Below are positions 21,180-31,413 of a stretch of DNA of 64,000 nt, piece after piece. A program made the position numbers and the translations under genes. Within the stretch, counting starts at the first letter, position 1. Each line of letters starts with the position of its first letter. Below the pieces are notes generated by a model, which saw only the letters and a program-made list of their open reading frames with translations, searched no databases and was not told the DNA's origin. The stretch spans positions 1,536,001 through 1,600,000 of the forward strand of contig JBKAGP010000001.1 in the NCBI GenBank assembly GCA_046290465.1, given 5' to 3'. This DNA comes from Planctomycetota bacterium. Its GTDB lineage: Bacteria; Planctomycetota; UBA1135; UBA2386.

Positions 21180-22222
21180 CCGTCCGCGAGCCGTTCGCCG
21201 ACCATGCGCGCCCGCTCGTACGCGACCACGTCGTCGACGATCGCGCGCAGCGGGGTCTCCGGCACCCAGCCGTTGGCGGCGCGCAGGCGCTCGAGCGACG
21301 GCACGCGCCGCGGCGGATCGACGAAGCCCTGCGGGAACACGTCGTGGAACGGCACGTGGTCGACGACCGAACGGCTGGCCGCCGCGGCGATCACCAGCTC
21401 GGCCAGTTCGCCGACCGAGGTCTCGAGCGCGCTGCCGACGTTGACGACGCGACCGGGCAGCGTCTTCGAACGCGCCAGGTCCAGCAGCGCCCGCGCGACG
21501 TCGTGCACGTGCGCGAAGCAGCGCGTCTGCGCCCCTTCGCCGTAGACCGTCAGCGGCTGCGCGAGCAGCGCCTGCCGCACGAACCGCGGCAACACCATGC
21601 CGTGGTCCCCGGCCTGCCGCGGCCCGACCGTGTTGAACAGGCGCACCACCACGACCGGCAGGCCCGACTGCTCGGCGTGCGCGCCGGCCAGCCACTCGCC
21701 CATCGCCTTGGCGCAGGCGTAGCCGCCGCGCAGGCCCTCGGTCGAACCCGGCATCACCGGCGCGCCCTCGACGAACGGCACCGGGCCGTCGCCGTAGACC
21801 TCACTGCTCGACGTGATCAGCGCCGGCACGCCGCGATCGGCGGCGGCCTGCAGCATCACCTCGGTCGAGCGCAGGTTGGCCTGCATCACATCGAGCGGCT
21901 CCTCGGCCAGGCGCCGCACGCCGACCACGCCCGCCAGGTGGAACACCAGATCGGCCTGCGCGACCGCGTGGCGCGCGACCTGCGGCGCCGCCGCCGACGC
22001 GACCGTCACGCGCAGCTGCGGGTGCGCCTGCACGGCGGCCAGGTTGTCGAGGCTGCCGGTCGACAGGTCGTCGACGACGTGCACCGAAAAGCCCTCGGCG
22101 AGCAGCCGCTCGACCAGGTGCGACCCGATGAAGCCGGCGCCGCCGGTGACGACGGCGCGGCACGGCTCGGTGCAAAGCGGAGCTGGCGGCGGCGTTGCGC
22201 CGGATGGAAACGGTCGGGTCAT
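21137..22222 (-). CDS. NAD-dependent epimerase/dehydratase (nucleotide-sugar)
   Basis: VTGGAGFIGSHL, SSSEVYG, YACAK, RLFNTVGPRQ, QTRCF. Confidence 0.92.
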   Translation of the reverse strand: MTRPFPSGATPPPAPLCTEPCRAVVTGGAGFIGSHLVERLLAEGFSVHVVDDLSTGSLDNLAAVQAHPQLRVTVASAAAPQVARHAVAQADLVFHLAGVVGVRRLAEEPLDVMQANLRSTEVMLQAAADRGVPALITSSSEVYGDGPVPFVEGAPVMPGSTEGLRGGYACAKAMGEWLAGAHAEQSGLPVVVVRLFNTVGPRQAGDHGMVLPRFVRQALLAQPLTVYGEGAQTRCFAHVHDVARALLDLARSKTLPGRVVNVGSALETSVGELAELVIAAAASRSVVDHVPFHDVFPQGFVDPPRRVPSLERLRAANGWVPETPLRAIVDDVVAYERARMVGERLADGQQGAGLRAASPAS

Positions 22223-22332
22223 GCGCGATCAGGAACATAGAGCGTCGGCGCCACGGCGTCGCCAGTCCATGCCACTGGCTCCGCAAAACGTGACGCCGAC
22301 GGTCGGTGCATCCGACGCCGACCGACCTCCGA

Positions 22333-23433
22333 CTATTCCCGGCCGCGCTTCAGCTCTTCGAGAAGCTTGCGCAGCTCCTTCAGCTCGGCGCGCAGTTCGC
22401 GCAGCTCCTGCTGCAGGTCCGCGCCGTTGGCCGGCGCCCGGCGCCCGGGGCGGATGCGGCTCGGGCCGCTCGGGCCGGCCTGCTCGGGCTGGGTCGCCTC
22501 GGCGGCGCGCGCGGGCCTGGCCGGACGGGCAGGGCGCGCCGGCTTGGCGGGACGCGCCGGGCGCGCGATGCGGCGCGGCTTCGCCGGCACGACCTCGATC
22601 TCGACGACCTCGGGCTCGTGCGCCTCGACGACCACTTCGCGGGCCGGCTTCGGCTCGTGGGCTTCGACGACGACCTCGCGGGCGACCTCGGGCTCGTGGG
22701 CCTCGACGACGACCGGTCGACGGGTCGGGCGCGCGATGACGGCGCGCTCGGCACGGTCGCCGCCGCGGCTGCCGGTGGTGATCACGAGCTGCTTGACGCC
22801 GCCGTCGCGCCGCACGCCGAGGTAGGTCTTGCGACCGGCGCCGACCTTGCCGAGCGCCGTGTCGAGGTCGTCGAGGGTGCGGGTGCGGTGGTCACCGAGG
22901 TTGACGATCACGTCGCCGCTGCGCACGCCGGCCTTGGCGCACGGGCCGTCCTCGAGCACGCGGTCGACGGCGAGGCCGTCGTCGGCTTCGCGGACGCTGA
23001 CGCCCAGGTAGCCCTTGCCGCGCGGCGCGGCGATCTCGGCGACCGGCTTCGGCTCCGGTGCCGGCGGTTCTTCGCGCACCTCTTCGACGGCGACGCCAGC
23101 ACCCGCGCCGGGCTGCTCCTGGCGCTCACCGAGCTTGACGACGACGACCCGATCGCGCTTGCCGCGGCGCAGCTTGATGCGCACGCGGTCGCCGGACTGG
23201 TGGCCCTGGATCGCCTCGACGAACGACTGCCGCGTCGGCGTCTTGGTGCCGTCGACCGCGAGCATCACGTCCCCGGCCTTGATGCCGGCCTTCTGCGCGG
23301 CGGTGCCCGGGATGACCTCGCGCACGACGGCCTGGTCGGACTCCTTGAGGAAGACGCCGAGGTAGCCGGGGCCGAAGGTGGCCGCCGGGGTCATCAGCAG
23401 GAACGAGAGAAGGGTAGCGGTGAGTGCGTGCAT
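22333..23433 (-). CDS. Secreted tandem-PDZ protein with repetitive C-terminal tail
   Basis: GYLGV...PGTAAQKAGIKAGDV and GYLGV...GPCAKAGVRSGDVI; repeats VVVEAHEP x3 and (ARP)n; coiled-coil end. Confidence 0.8.
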   Translation of the reverse strand: MHALTATLLSFLLMTPAATFGPGYLGVFLKESDQAVVREVIPGTAAQKAGIKAGDVMLAVDGTKTPTRQSFVEAIQGHQSGDRVRIKLRRGKRDRVVVVKLGERQEQPGAGAGVAVEEVREEPPAPEPKPVAEIAAPRGKGYLGVSVREADDGLAVDRVLEDGPCAKAGVRSGDVIVNLGDHRTRTLDDLDTALGKVGAGRKTYLGVRRDGGVKQLVITTGSRGGDRAERAVIARPTRRPVVVEAHEPEVAREVVVEAHEPKPAREVVVEAHEPEVVEIEVVPAKPRRIARPARPAKPARPARPARPARAAEATQPEQAGPSGPSRIRPGRRAPANGADLQQELRELRAELKELRKLLEELKRGRE

Positions 23434-23638
23434 CGTTGGGGACTCCGATAGCGGGCCGGTCCGCGCGAAGGCGCACGTCCGGTGTGGACGTAGCTACGTG
23501 CGGCCGAGCCAGGACGCAGAGCTTGTCCGAACATTCCTCGATCGCCAAACCCCAACGGCCCACCGAAGCGAATCCGGACCGATCCGGTTTGGCCGTTCTT
23601 CGTTGCCGCCCCAGCGGTTGTGTGCGACGTTCTCGGCA

Positions 23639-24727
23639 ATGGTCTGGTTACGCCGCGAGGACCACGAGGACCGCGAACTGCACTGGCTGAGCCCCTGGGC
23701 GACGCCGAGCCGCAACTCCGGCGGCCGCCGCATGGCCGAGCCGGAGGACGCGCTGCGCACTGTGTTCACCCGCGACCGCGACCGCGTCGTGCACGCGACC
23801 GCGTTCCGCCGCCTGCAGCACAAGACCCAGGTGATGGCCGCGTTCGACGGCGACCACTTCCGCAGCCGGATGACGCATTCGCTCGAGGTCGCGCAGATGT
23901 CGCGCGGCGTCGCGCGCGCGCTGCGCTGCAACGACGAACTCGCCGAGGTGATCGCGCTGGCGCACGACCTCGGCCACCCGCCGTTCGGCCATGTCGGCGA
24001 GGAGGCCCTGCACGCCAAGATGGCGGCGCACGGCGGCTTCCGGCACAACGCGCAGGGCGCGCGCACGGTCGACGACCTCGAGGACCGCTACGGCCACGGC
24101 CTCGGCCTCAACCTGACGCTGGCAGTGCGCAAGAGCCTGTTGAAGGGACGCGTGCCGGACGGCTTCCCGCTGAGCGCGGACCTGCTGCCGCAGGGCGCGG
24201 TGCCGATCGAGGCGCACCTGGTCGACCTGTGCGACAAGATCGCCTACCTGAGCCACGACCTCGACGACGGCCTGCGCGCCCGCATGTTCGCCGAGCACGA
24301 GGCCGCCGAACTGCAGCTGTGGCGCGCCGCGCGCGAGGCGTGCGGCAGCGACAACCGCCAGCGCATCGTCAGCGAGATCACGTCGCTGCTGATCCACGAC
24401 CTGGTGTCGACCTGCGACGACGCGCTGGCCAACGCCAAGGCCGGCGGCGACCTGCCGCGCATGCGCCACAGTGACGCGATGGTCGGCCAGGCGCAGGAGC
24501 TGCTCGTGTTCCTGCGCCAACGGTTCTATCGCGCCCCGCGGGTGCTGGCGGTGATGGAGGACGGCGCGCGCCGGATCGAGCGCGTCTTCGACCGCCTGCT
24601 CGTCGATCCGTCGCCGATGAGCGAACGCCGCCGCGGCCGCATCGACGACGACGGCCTGGAGCGGACCATCTGCGACTACATCGCCGGCATGACCGACCGA
24701 TTCCTGATGAAGATGAGCGCCGACTGA
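23639..24727 (+). CDS. dgt: Deoxyguanosinetriphosphate triphosphohydrolase (HD-family dNTPase)
   Basis: FTRDRDRVVHATAFRRLQHKTQV, RMTHSLEV, AHDLGHPPFGH, DKIAYLSHDLDD, DYIAGMTD. Confidence 0.92.
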   Translation: MVWLRREDHEDRELHWLSPWATPSRNSGGRRMAEPEDALRTVFTRDRDRVVHATAFRRLQHKTQVMAAFDGDHFRSRMTHSLEVAQMSRGVARALRCNDELAEVIALAHDLGHPPFGHVGEEALHAKMAAHGGFRHNAQGARTVDDLEDRYGHGLGLNLTLAVRKSLLKGRVPDGFPLSADLLPQGAVPIEAHLVDLCDKIAYLSHDLDDGLRARMFAEHEAAELQLWRAAREACGSDNRQRIVSEITSLLIHDLVSTCDDALANAKAGGDLPRMRHSDAMVGQAQELLVFLRQRFYRAPRVLAVMEDGARRIERVFDRLLVDPSPMSERRRGRIDDDGLERTICDYIAGMTDRFLMKMSAD

Positions 24728-24728
24728 C

Positions 24729-26198
24729 ATGCACCACCGACACCTCGCCCGCACGTTCGCGCTGGTCGCGCTGCTGGCCGCGCAGCTGGCTGCGCAGCTG
24801 GCCGCGCAGCTGGCTTCCCCGGCGCGCGCCCAGCAGCCGCCGAACGTCGTCTACATCCTGCTCGACGACGCCGGCTGGGGCGACCTCGGCTGCTACGGGC
24901 AGCAGAAGCTGAAGACGCCGAACATGGATCGGCTGGCGCGCGAGGGCATGCGCTTCACGCAGCACTACGCCGGATCGACCGTGTGCGCGCCGACGCGCAG
25001 CTGCCTGATGACCGGGCAGCACACCGGCCACACGCCGATCCGCGGCAACGGCCGCGCCCCGGACCAACCGGAGGGCGTGTTCCCGATCGGCAAGGGCACG
25101 ACCACCGTCGCGTCGCTGCTGCAGCAGCGCGGCTACGCGACCGGCGCGTTCGGCAAGTGGGGTCTCGGCGGTCCAGGCAGCGACAGCGACGCGCTGCAGC
25201 TCGGCTTCGACCACTTCACCGGGTTCTACAGCCAGTCGTTCGCGCACGACTACTATCCGCGCTGGCTGTGGCGCGACGGCGAGAAGCTGCAGCTCGACCG
25301 CAAGGTCTACGCGCACGACGTCTACATGGACGACGCGCTGCAGTTCGTGAAGCAGCACAAGGACGGGCCGTTCTTCTGCTACCTGCCGGTGATCATCCCG
25401 CACGCGGCGATGCAGGCGCCGCCGGAGTACCACGAGCGATTCCGCAAGCAGTACCCGCAGTTCGACGACCAGGTCGGCAGCTACGGCGGCGACGCGCGCA
25501 CGTCGAAGGTGCAGAACCCGATCGCCGGCTTCGCCGCGATGATGGCCAGGCTCGACGACGACGTCGGCCGGCTGCTGGCACTGCTCGACGAACTCGGCAT
25601 CGCCGACGACACGCTGGTGCTGCTGTCGTCGGACAACGGCCCCCACCACGAAGGCGGCCACGACCCGAAGTTCTGGGACAGCAACGGACCGTTCACCGGC
25701 ACCAAGCGCAGCCTCTACGACGGCGGCATCCGGGTGCCGCTGCTGGCGCGCTGGCCGGGCAAGGTCGCCAACGGCTCGACGTCGGAGCTGATCAGCGCGC
25801 ACTGGGACCTGCTGCCGACGCTGTGCGACCTCGCGGGCGCCGAGGTGCCGGCCGGCGTCGACGGCCTGTCGATGAAGCCGACGCTGCTCGGCGAGAGCGG
25901 CCAGCAGCAGCACGACTACCTCTACTGGGAGTTCTACGAGCAGGGCGGCAAGCGCGCGCTGCGGTTCGGCCGCTGGAAGGCGGTGCGCAACGGCCTGCGC
26001 GACGATCCCGACGCGCCGATCGAGCTCTACGACATCACCGCGGACCTCGGCGAACGAACCGACGTCGGCAAGCAGCATCCGGAAGTCGTCGCGCAGGCGC
26101 GCACGTTCTTCGAAGCGGCGCACACGCCGGATCCGCGCTGGCGGTATCGGGGCGGGCGCCAGCAGAAGAAGAAGCAGCAGCAGAAGAAGAAGCAGTAG
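24729..26198 (+). CDS. Arylsulfatase (formylglycine-dependent)
   Basis: PNVVYILLDDAGWGD, CAPTRSCLMTG (CxPxR), GKWGLG, SDNG, GGIRVP. Confidence 0.95.
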   Translation: MHHRHLARTFALVALLAAQLAAQLAAQLASPARAQQPPNVVYILLDDAGWGDLGCYGQQKLKTPNMDRLAREGMRFTQHYAGSTVCAPTRSCLMTGQHTGHTPIRGNGRAPDQPEGVFPIGKGTTTVASLLQQRGYATGAFGKWGLGGPGSDSDALQLGFDHFTGFYSQSFAHDYYPRWLWRDGEKLQLDRKVYAHDVYMDDALQFVKQHKDGPFFCYLPVIIPHAAMQAPPEYHERFRKQYPQFDDQVGSYGGDARTSKVQNPIAGFAAMMARLDDDVGRLLALLDELGIADDTLVLLSSDNGPHHEGGHDPKFWDSNGPFTGTKRSLYDGGIRVPLLARWPGKVANGSTSELISAHWDLLPTLCDLAGAEVPAGVDGLSMKPTLLGESGQQQHDYLYWEFYEQGGKRALRFGRWKAVRNGLRDDPDAPIELYDITADLGERTDVGKQHPEVVAQARTFFEAAHTPDPRWRYRGGRQQKKKQQQKKKQ

Positions 26199-26225
26199 CA
26201 GCAGGAACGTCCGCGGCGCCCCCAC

Positions 26226-27422
26226 TCAGCGGCCGGACACGCGCGTCAGCGTCGCCGCGGCCCGCCCACCCCGGGCCTGCCAGCGCAGCTGCAGCGCGTC
26301 CTCGGGAGCGAACGGCTCGGCGAGCGACGCGCACTGCCTGCCCCGCCGGACCACCAGCTGCACGTCGCCCTGGTCGGGCAGGTCGTCGAACGCGAACCGG
26401 CCGGCCTCGTCGGTGCGCCGGAGCGACGGGAACCGCGGCGCGTCGTCGTTGGCGGCGGCGGCGACCGCCACCGTGGCGCCGACGATCGGGCGTCCGCCCG
26501 CGTCGACGAGCGTGCCGCGCAGCTTGCGTCCGGCCTGCACGGCGACGCGCGCGCGCTGCTGGTCGCGCACGCGTTCGGCAGCGACCTCGACCCGCGGGAG
26601 GCGCCGCAGCTTCGACAGCCGCGACGGGTTGCCAAGGACGCGATCGCGCCCCGGCGTCGGCGCCACCTGCGCCCCGTGTTCGTAGGCGAGTTCCGAGACC
26701 GCGACCAGCGCCACCGCGTAGCCGTCGTCGCCGCTGGTCGCGACGCTGGTCGGCAGGCCGCTGTTGGTCGGAGCGGTGCCGGCCGAGCGCTGCTGTTCGC
26801 CCGGGATCACGACCGGAAAACGCACCGCGACGCCTGCCAGCGGCCGGCCGTCGTCGCCGACGCAGCGGACCCGGCACAGCAGGTCGAACACGTAGTCGCG
26901 CTTGGCCGCCTCGACGTGCACGTCGGGCTTGCCGGCGTTGGCCGCGGGCACGGTCATGTGCCGTGCGAGCGCCGTCGCGATGTCGGCGGGCACGAAGCCG
27001 TTGGCGCCGCGCTCCTGCACGAGCGTGCGCCGGACGGCCGACGGATCGGCGAGTTCGACCTTCTGCAGCGACGACAGCTTGGGCAGCTTCCAGTTCCGGC
27101 GCTGGTGGCCGCGCGCGATCCACACGGTCGCGTCGCCGGCGCGCCACAGCACACACCAGTGCTCCTTGTTGCCGAACGCATCCGACGCGACCTCGCTGCG
27201 ATGGTGGCGCGGCGGCTCGGCGCCGTCCTGCGGCCAGCGCACCTTGAGGAACGTGTGGTAGTCGGCGCCGTGGTAGAGCCGGCTGTGGATCTCGAGCGTG
27301 GTCTGGCCGGCGAACGTCCAGGTGCCCGGACGGGTCGCCACCTGCACCTTCGCCTGCGCCGCTGCGACCGGCAGCAGCAGCGCGAACCAGACCAACGCCC
27401 CGATGCAACGCGCGCACAGCAT
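26226..27422 (-). CDS. Secreted protein with carboxypeptidase-regulatory-like (transthyretin-fold) repeats
   Basis: DDGRPLAGVAV, LRGTLVDAGGRPIVGATV, TDEAGRFAFDDL; signal peptide. Confidence 0.65.
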   Translation of the reverse strand: MLCARCIGALVWFALLLPVAAAQAKVQVATRPGTWTFAGQTTLEIHSRLYHGADYHTFLKVRWPQDGAEPPRHHRSEVASDAFGNKEHWCVLWRAGDATVWIARGHQRRNWKLPKLSSLQKVELADPSAVRRTLVQERGANGFVPADIATALARHMTVPAANAGKPDVHVEAAKRDYVFDLLCRVRCVGDDGRPLAGVAVRFPVVIPGEQQRSAGTAPTNSGLPTSVATSGDDGYAVALVAVSELAYEHGAQVAPTPGRDRVLGNPSRLSKLRRLPRVEVAAERVRDQQRARVAVQAGRKLRGTLVDAGGRPIVGATVAVAAAANDDAPRFPSLRRTDEAGRFAFDDLPDQGDVQLVVRRGRQCASLAEPFAPEDALQLRWQARGGRAAATLTRVSGR

Positions 27423-27481
27423 CCGGCCATGCTACCGGCGCAACCTGAACCGGGTTCGGTATGCGGTGTTTGGGGGGTGGC

Positions 27482-28321
27482 TCAGCGGCGGTCGGCGGTG
27501 AGGGCCTGCTGGAGGAAGGTGACGAGGCGGCGTTCGAACTCGTCGCGGCGCACGGTCCACGGCGAGAAGTGCGCGGCCTCGGGCACCAGCCACAGCTCCT
27601 TGGGCTCGCGGGCCTGCTCGAACAGGCGCTTGCCGAACGCGACCGGCACGATGTGGTCGCGCTCGCCGTGGATGACCAGCAGCGGCGCCGGCGACAGTTC
27701 GGCGAGCACGTCGGCCGGGTCGTGGCCGTCGGAGACGAACAGCGGCACCAGGGCCGAGAACAGCGGCGCCTTCGAACGCGCGATCTCGCGGTAGTCCGAG
27801 AAGGTCGACTCGGCGACGACGCCGCGCACGGCATCGCGACGCGCGGTGGCGGCGATCCCGACTGCGCCGCCGAGGCTGTGGCCGAACACCACCGTGCGGT
27901 CCGGATCCCGCTGCAGCGCGAAGTCGATCGCGGCGACCGCGTCGTCGACCGAACCGGCTCGGGTGATCGTGCCGGCGCTGCGACCGTAGCCGCGGTAGTC
28001 GAACACGAGCACCGCGTAGCCCTGGGCCGGCAGCCACGCGACGTAGCGCGTGTGCAGCGTCAGGTTGGCGGCGTTGCCGTGGCAGTAGACGACCGTGCCC
28101 TTGCGCTCCCCCTCGGCCTCGAGCCACCAGCCATGCAGCTCCGGCCCGCCCGGCGCCGCGAACGAGACCTGCTCGACGTCGACGCCGTAGCTGCCGGGAT
28201 CGGCGTGCACGCGGTCGTCGGGGAAGTAGAACCAGCCATCGCCGATCCACAGCATCACCGCGAAGCCGAGCACGATCGGCAGCAGCAGCACGCAGAGGGC
28301 GATGCGGAGCTTCGGGGACAT
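27482..28321 (-). CDS. Alpha/beta hydrolase (YfhR/ABHD13-like)
   Basis: HGNAAN, FDYRGYGRS, GHSLGGA nucleophile elbow, IHGERDHIVP, terminal His; N-terminal TM/signal. Confidence 0.9.
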   Translation of the reverse strand: MSPKLRIALCVLLLPIVLGFAVMLWIGDGWFYFPDDRVHADPGSYGVDVEQVSFAAPGGPELHGWWLEAEGERKGTVVYCHGNAANLTLHTRYVAWLPAQGYAVLVFDYRGYGRSAGTITRAGSVDDAVAAIDFALQRDPDRTVVFGHSLGGAVGIAATARRDAVRGVVAESTFSDYREIARSKAPLFSALVPLFVSDGHDPADVLAELSPAPLLVIHGERDHIVPVAFGKRLFEQAREPKELWLVPEAAHFSPWTVRRDEFERRLVTFLQQALTADRR

Positions 28322-28486
28322 CTTCTTGGCCACGGTGTGGTCGCGCGGCGACGCTGGTCGCCAGGATGCCGGGGCGGGGCCGTTCGGGCCAGTAGCCGTG
28401 CGGCGCGAGGGCCGCGCCAGAAGGGCCGCCAGATCGGCCGGTCTGTGCAGCATCCGGCGGGCAGATCCAGGGCCGTACAAAGCACT

Positions 28487-28520
28487 CGCGTTGGCGGCTC
28501 CCGGAGGAGCCACCAACGCG
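28487..28520 (-). terminator. Hairpin immediately 3' of tRNA-Gln
   Basis: CGCGTTGGCGGCTCC / GGAGCCACCAACGCG near-perfect inverted repeat; weak U tract. Confidence 0.5.
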
Positions 28521-28522
28521 AT

Positions 28523-28598
28523 TGGTTACCCCGCCTGGACTTGAACCAGGAACCAACAGTACCAAAAACTGCTGTGCTACCGATTACACCACGGGGCA
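28523..28598 (-). tRNA. tRNA-Gln (TTG)
   Basis: Reverse complement TGCCCCGTGGTGTAATCGGTAGCACAGCAGTTT-TTG-GTACTGTTGGTTCCTGGTTCAAGTCCAGGCGGGGTAACCA; U1-A72 typical of bacterial tRNA-Gln. Confidence 0.95.
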
Positions 28599-28610
28599 GT
28601 GCGGGCGGAG

Positions 28611-28638
28611 ACTATAGCAACCGGATCGGCGAACACAA
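28611..28638 (-). promoter_or_regulatory. Putative sigma70 promoter of tRNA-Gln
   Basis: TTGTGT-16nt-TATAGT with extended TGn, 12 nt upstream of the tRNA. Confidence 0.55.
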
Positions 28639-28958
28639 GGCCTCTCGCCCGCCGGTTTTCCCGGCGCCACCCGCCTTCGGACGCTGCCGCGATCGGCGTC
28701 CCTCGCGCAGCGCGCGCAGCTGCTCGCGGTAGCGCAGCCGCTTCGGCGCGACCTGCCTGGCGCTCCCGCGCGGTCCACTCGTGGATCGCCTGCCAGAAGC
28801 CAGGGCTCGCGTTGCCGCTGCGCAGCCAGTGGCATCGCCGACAGCGCCGCGAGCGGGACCACGAACGGCGACACGGCCCGCATCCCCCCGAGCGCAGCTC
28901 GGGGTTCTCCCTCGCACGGCGCCATCGACGAGGGCGGATCGTCGGATACCCTTCGACG

Positions 28959-30188
28959 ATGCGCCTCCTCGCCGGCACCACCATCGCGCTGCTGCTCGCC
29001 GCAGCCGTCCCCGCTCAGGGCAAGAACCTGCTCTTCTACGGCAACAGCTATACGTTCCTGGTCTGGGGCTACGGCGTGCCCGAGGTCGTCGAGTGGATCG
29101 CCACCGAGGCCGGCCACCCGACCCCCAACGTCACCCAGGCGCTGATCGGCGGCTCCAACCTGAGCATGCACGCCGCCGACCCCGGCCAGGTCGCGGCGAT
29201 CTCGACGCTGCCCGCGGGCCAGACCTGGGACCACGTCGTGATCCAGGGCCACTCGCTCAACGCGACGCCGTACTTCGGCTTCTCGGTGCCGCAGTTCCGC
29301 GCCGACGCGGTCACGATCGCCGGCAACGTGCGCGCGCACAGCCCCAACGCCGATGCCGTGCTCTACCAGACCTGGGCGCGCGCGCACGGCTCGCCGCTGC
29401 ACTACCCGTCGCCGTGGGTCGACCCGATGGCGATGCACCAGATGGTGCGCGGCAACTACGACCTCGCGGTGGCCGACATCAACGCGACGTTCGGCGCCGG
29501 CACGGCGCAGAAGGCGGCGGTCGGCGATGCGATCGCGCTGCTCGAGTGGGACCCGATCTGGTACGACCCGGACCTGTCCCACCCGACTGCGGCGATGTCG
29601 ATGATGGCCGGGATGGTGATCTACACGTCGATCTACGGCGGCCGTGTCTGCGACGTGCAGGTCGACTGGAACAACCCGCAGAGTCCGCTGGTCGCGGGAC
29701 TCGCGAGCCAGGGGCTCGGCGAAGCGGCGTGGAACCTGTTCCGCGGTCTCGCCGACCGCAGCGCCCATCCGCAGAACCGCCGCTACCCGGGATCGGGCGA
29801 CCACTTGCTGCTGCGTTCGGCGATCGATGCGGCGCCGCTGTCGGCGTGCCCGGTCGAGACGATCACCACCGGCAGCCAGATCCAGGTCGAGCTGCGCTCG
29901 ATGAACGGCGTCTACGACGGCGCGATGGGCTTCCTCGGGATCGACTTCTTCGCCACCAACGCTGCGCCGGGTGCAAGCGCGACCTGGCCCGAGTTCCAGA
30001 TCGACACGACGCGCAGCGCGTTCCTGCCGATCGCGCCGCTGTCGACGCCGCTGGTCGCGCAGCTGCAGCTGCCGTTCACGCTGCCGGGTTACTCGCTGCT
30101 CGTGCAGGGCGGCGCTCTGCAGGCGAGCGGCGAGACCGGCAACGCGGTGTTCACCACGACCGACGCGCACGAGCTGGTGTTCCAGTAG
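28959..30188 (+). CDS. Secreted SGNH/GDSL-like hydrolase with recurring C-terminal domain
   Basis: LFYGNSYT (block I), WDHVVIQGHS, LYQTWAR, DLSHP (DxxH); signal peptide AVPA|Q. Confidence 0.8.
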   Translation: MRLLAGTTIALLLAAAVPAQGKNLLFYGNSYTFLVWGYGVPEVVEWIATEAGHPTPNVTQALIGGSNLSMHAADPGQVAAISTLPAGQTWDHVVIQGHSLNATPYFGFSVPQFRADAVTIAGNVRAHSPNADAVLYQTWARAHGSPLHYPSPWVDPMAMHQMVRGNYDLAVADINATFGAGTAQKAAVGDAIALLEWDPIWYDPDLSHPTAAMSMMAGMVIYTSIYGGRVCDVQVDWNNPQSPLVAGLASQGLGEAAWNLFRGLADRSAHPQNRRYPGSGDHLLLRSAIDAAPLSACPVETITTGSQIQVELRSMNGVYDGAMGFLGIDFFATNAAPGASATWPEFQIDTTRSAFLPIAPLSTPLVAQLQLPFTLPGYSLLVQGGALQASGETGNAVFTTTDAHELVFQ

Positions 30189-31248
30189 GCGGCGGGGTTC
30201 CCGGCTGGCCGCGCCGGCTTGCCAGCAGCTGCACGTGCACCCGGCGCCGTTCGTCGGTCGGGTGCCTAGCGACGATCGCCCGCACGCCCGCGGCCGCGCG
30301 GTCCGGTGCGCCGCCGGCGCCCGTGACGACGAACGCATAGAGCGCCGGCTGGTCGTTGAGCAACAGCGTCAACGGCACGCTCCACAGCTCGTGGCCGTGC
30401 CCCTCGTAGACCGACGCCGGCACGCGACGGGCGGCGAAGAAGTCCACCGACAGCGCCATCCGCACCTTCATCGTGGTCACGATCGACCACAGCGTCGGCA
30501 GCGCGACGACCTCGTAGAGGATGTCGCGCGTGACCGGGTTGCGCTGCAGCACGCGGAACAGCAGTTCGCAGGCACCGACCCCTTCGGCCACGCACATCAC
30601 GTCGTCGTGGTCTTCGTCCGAGAGCTGCAGCGTCTCGGCATCGTCCCCGAGCGCCACCCGACCACGCATGGTGGCGCGCTGGCGGAACCCGGCGAGGCAC
30701 GACGCCTGCAGCGCCTTCAGCGTCGACAGGGTCACCAGCGACTCGGCGGTCGCGAGCGGCGCTGCGTGCGCGTCGAACGCGTCGACCCGGATGCGCGCAC
30801 ACGGCAGCTGCCATCGTTCCGCCGGATCCATCGCGCGGAACGCCTGCCAGACCTCGCGGCTCTGCTCGAGCAGCTGCCGCTGCCGTTCGGCGCTCGGCCT
30901 GACGCGACGCTCGAACGGCGTCTGGCGCCGGCCACCGATGCCGTCGCCGACCTCGAACGCGACCACCTGCAGGCGCAGGTACCAGGTGCGCGGCTCCGAA
31001 CCGGTCTTGAGGCTGACGCCGAACAGCAGTTGGTCGCCTGGTGCGAGCGGCGCGTCGGCCGTCGGTGGCGCCATACCGGAGAGGATCGCGGCGCCGTTCG
31101 CGAACCGGTCGGCGACGTCACAGAGCTCGGCGCGCAGGTCGCGCTCCCAGCCCGTTCGCGGCGGCACCGTGCACGACGCGAGCCAGACCGCGAGGCAGCA
31201 GGTGGCGGACCGTCGCCAACGGTTGCGCGCGACGGTGTGCGTTCCCAT
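30151..31248 (-). CDS. Hypothetical lipoprotein
   Basis: Lipobox LASC after a basic N-terminus; TACGAT hexamer 6 nt upstream of ATG; no recognised family. Confidence 0.6.
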   Translation of the reverse strand: MGTHTVARNRWRRSATCCLAVWLASCTVPPRTGWERDLRAELCDVADRFANGAAILSGMAPPTADAPLAPGDQLLFGVSLKTGSEPRTWYLRLQVVAFEVGDGIGGRRQTPFERRVRPSAERQRQLLEQSREVWQAFRAMDPAERWQLPCARIRVDAFDAHAAPLATAESLVTLSTLKALQASCLAGFRQRATMRGRVALGDDAETLQLSDEDHDDVMCVAEGVGACELLFRVLQRNPVTRDILYEVVALPTLWSIVTTMKVRMALSVDFFAARRVPASVYEGHGHELWSVPLTLLLNDQPALYAFVVTGAGGAPDRAAAGVRAIVARHPTDERRRVHVQLLASRRGQPGTPPPTGTPARARRSW

Positions 31249-31362
31249 GCGTGCATCGTAGGCGGCGACCACCGTGGATCCGAGACAACGGCTACGACGG
31301 CCTGGTGGCGGCTTCTACGGAACCTTCCAGGGACGCCGTACGCGCAGCAGCACGCGCGCGCG

Positions 31363-31413
31363 AATGTTGCAGGATGAACCGCGTACCGTACGGCAACTTC
31401 CGTACGGCAACTT
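31363..31413. repeat. Dispersed ~35-bp repeat copy A with tandem CCGTACGGCAACTT x2
   Basis: 29/35 identity to 47602-47636; palindromic core CCGTACGG. Confidence 0.6.

Noticed and set aside
23639..24727. dGTPase as an anti-phage defence gene
   Set aside because: Short housekeeping-type Dgt in an ordinary neighbourhood with host-like codon usage.
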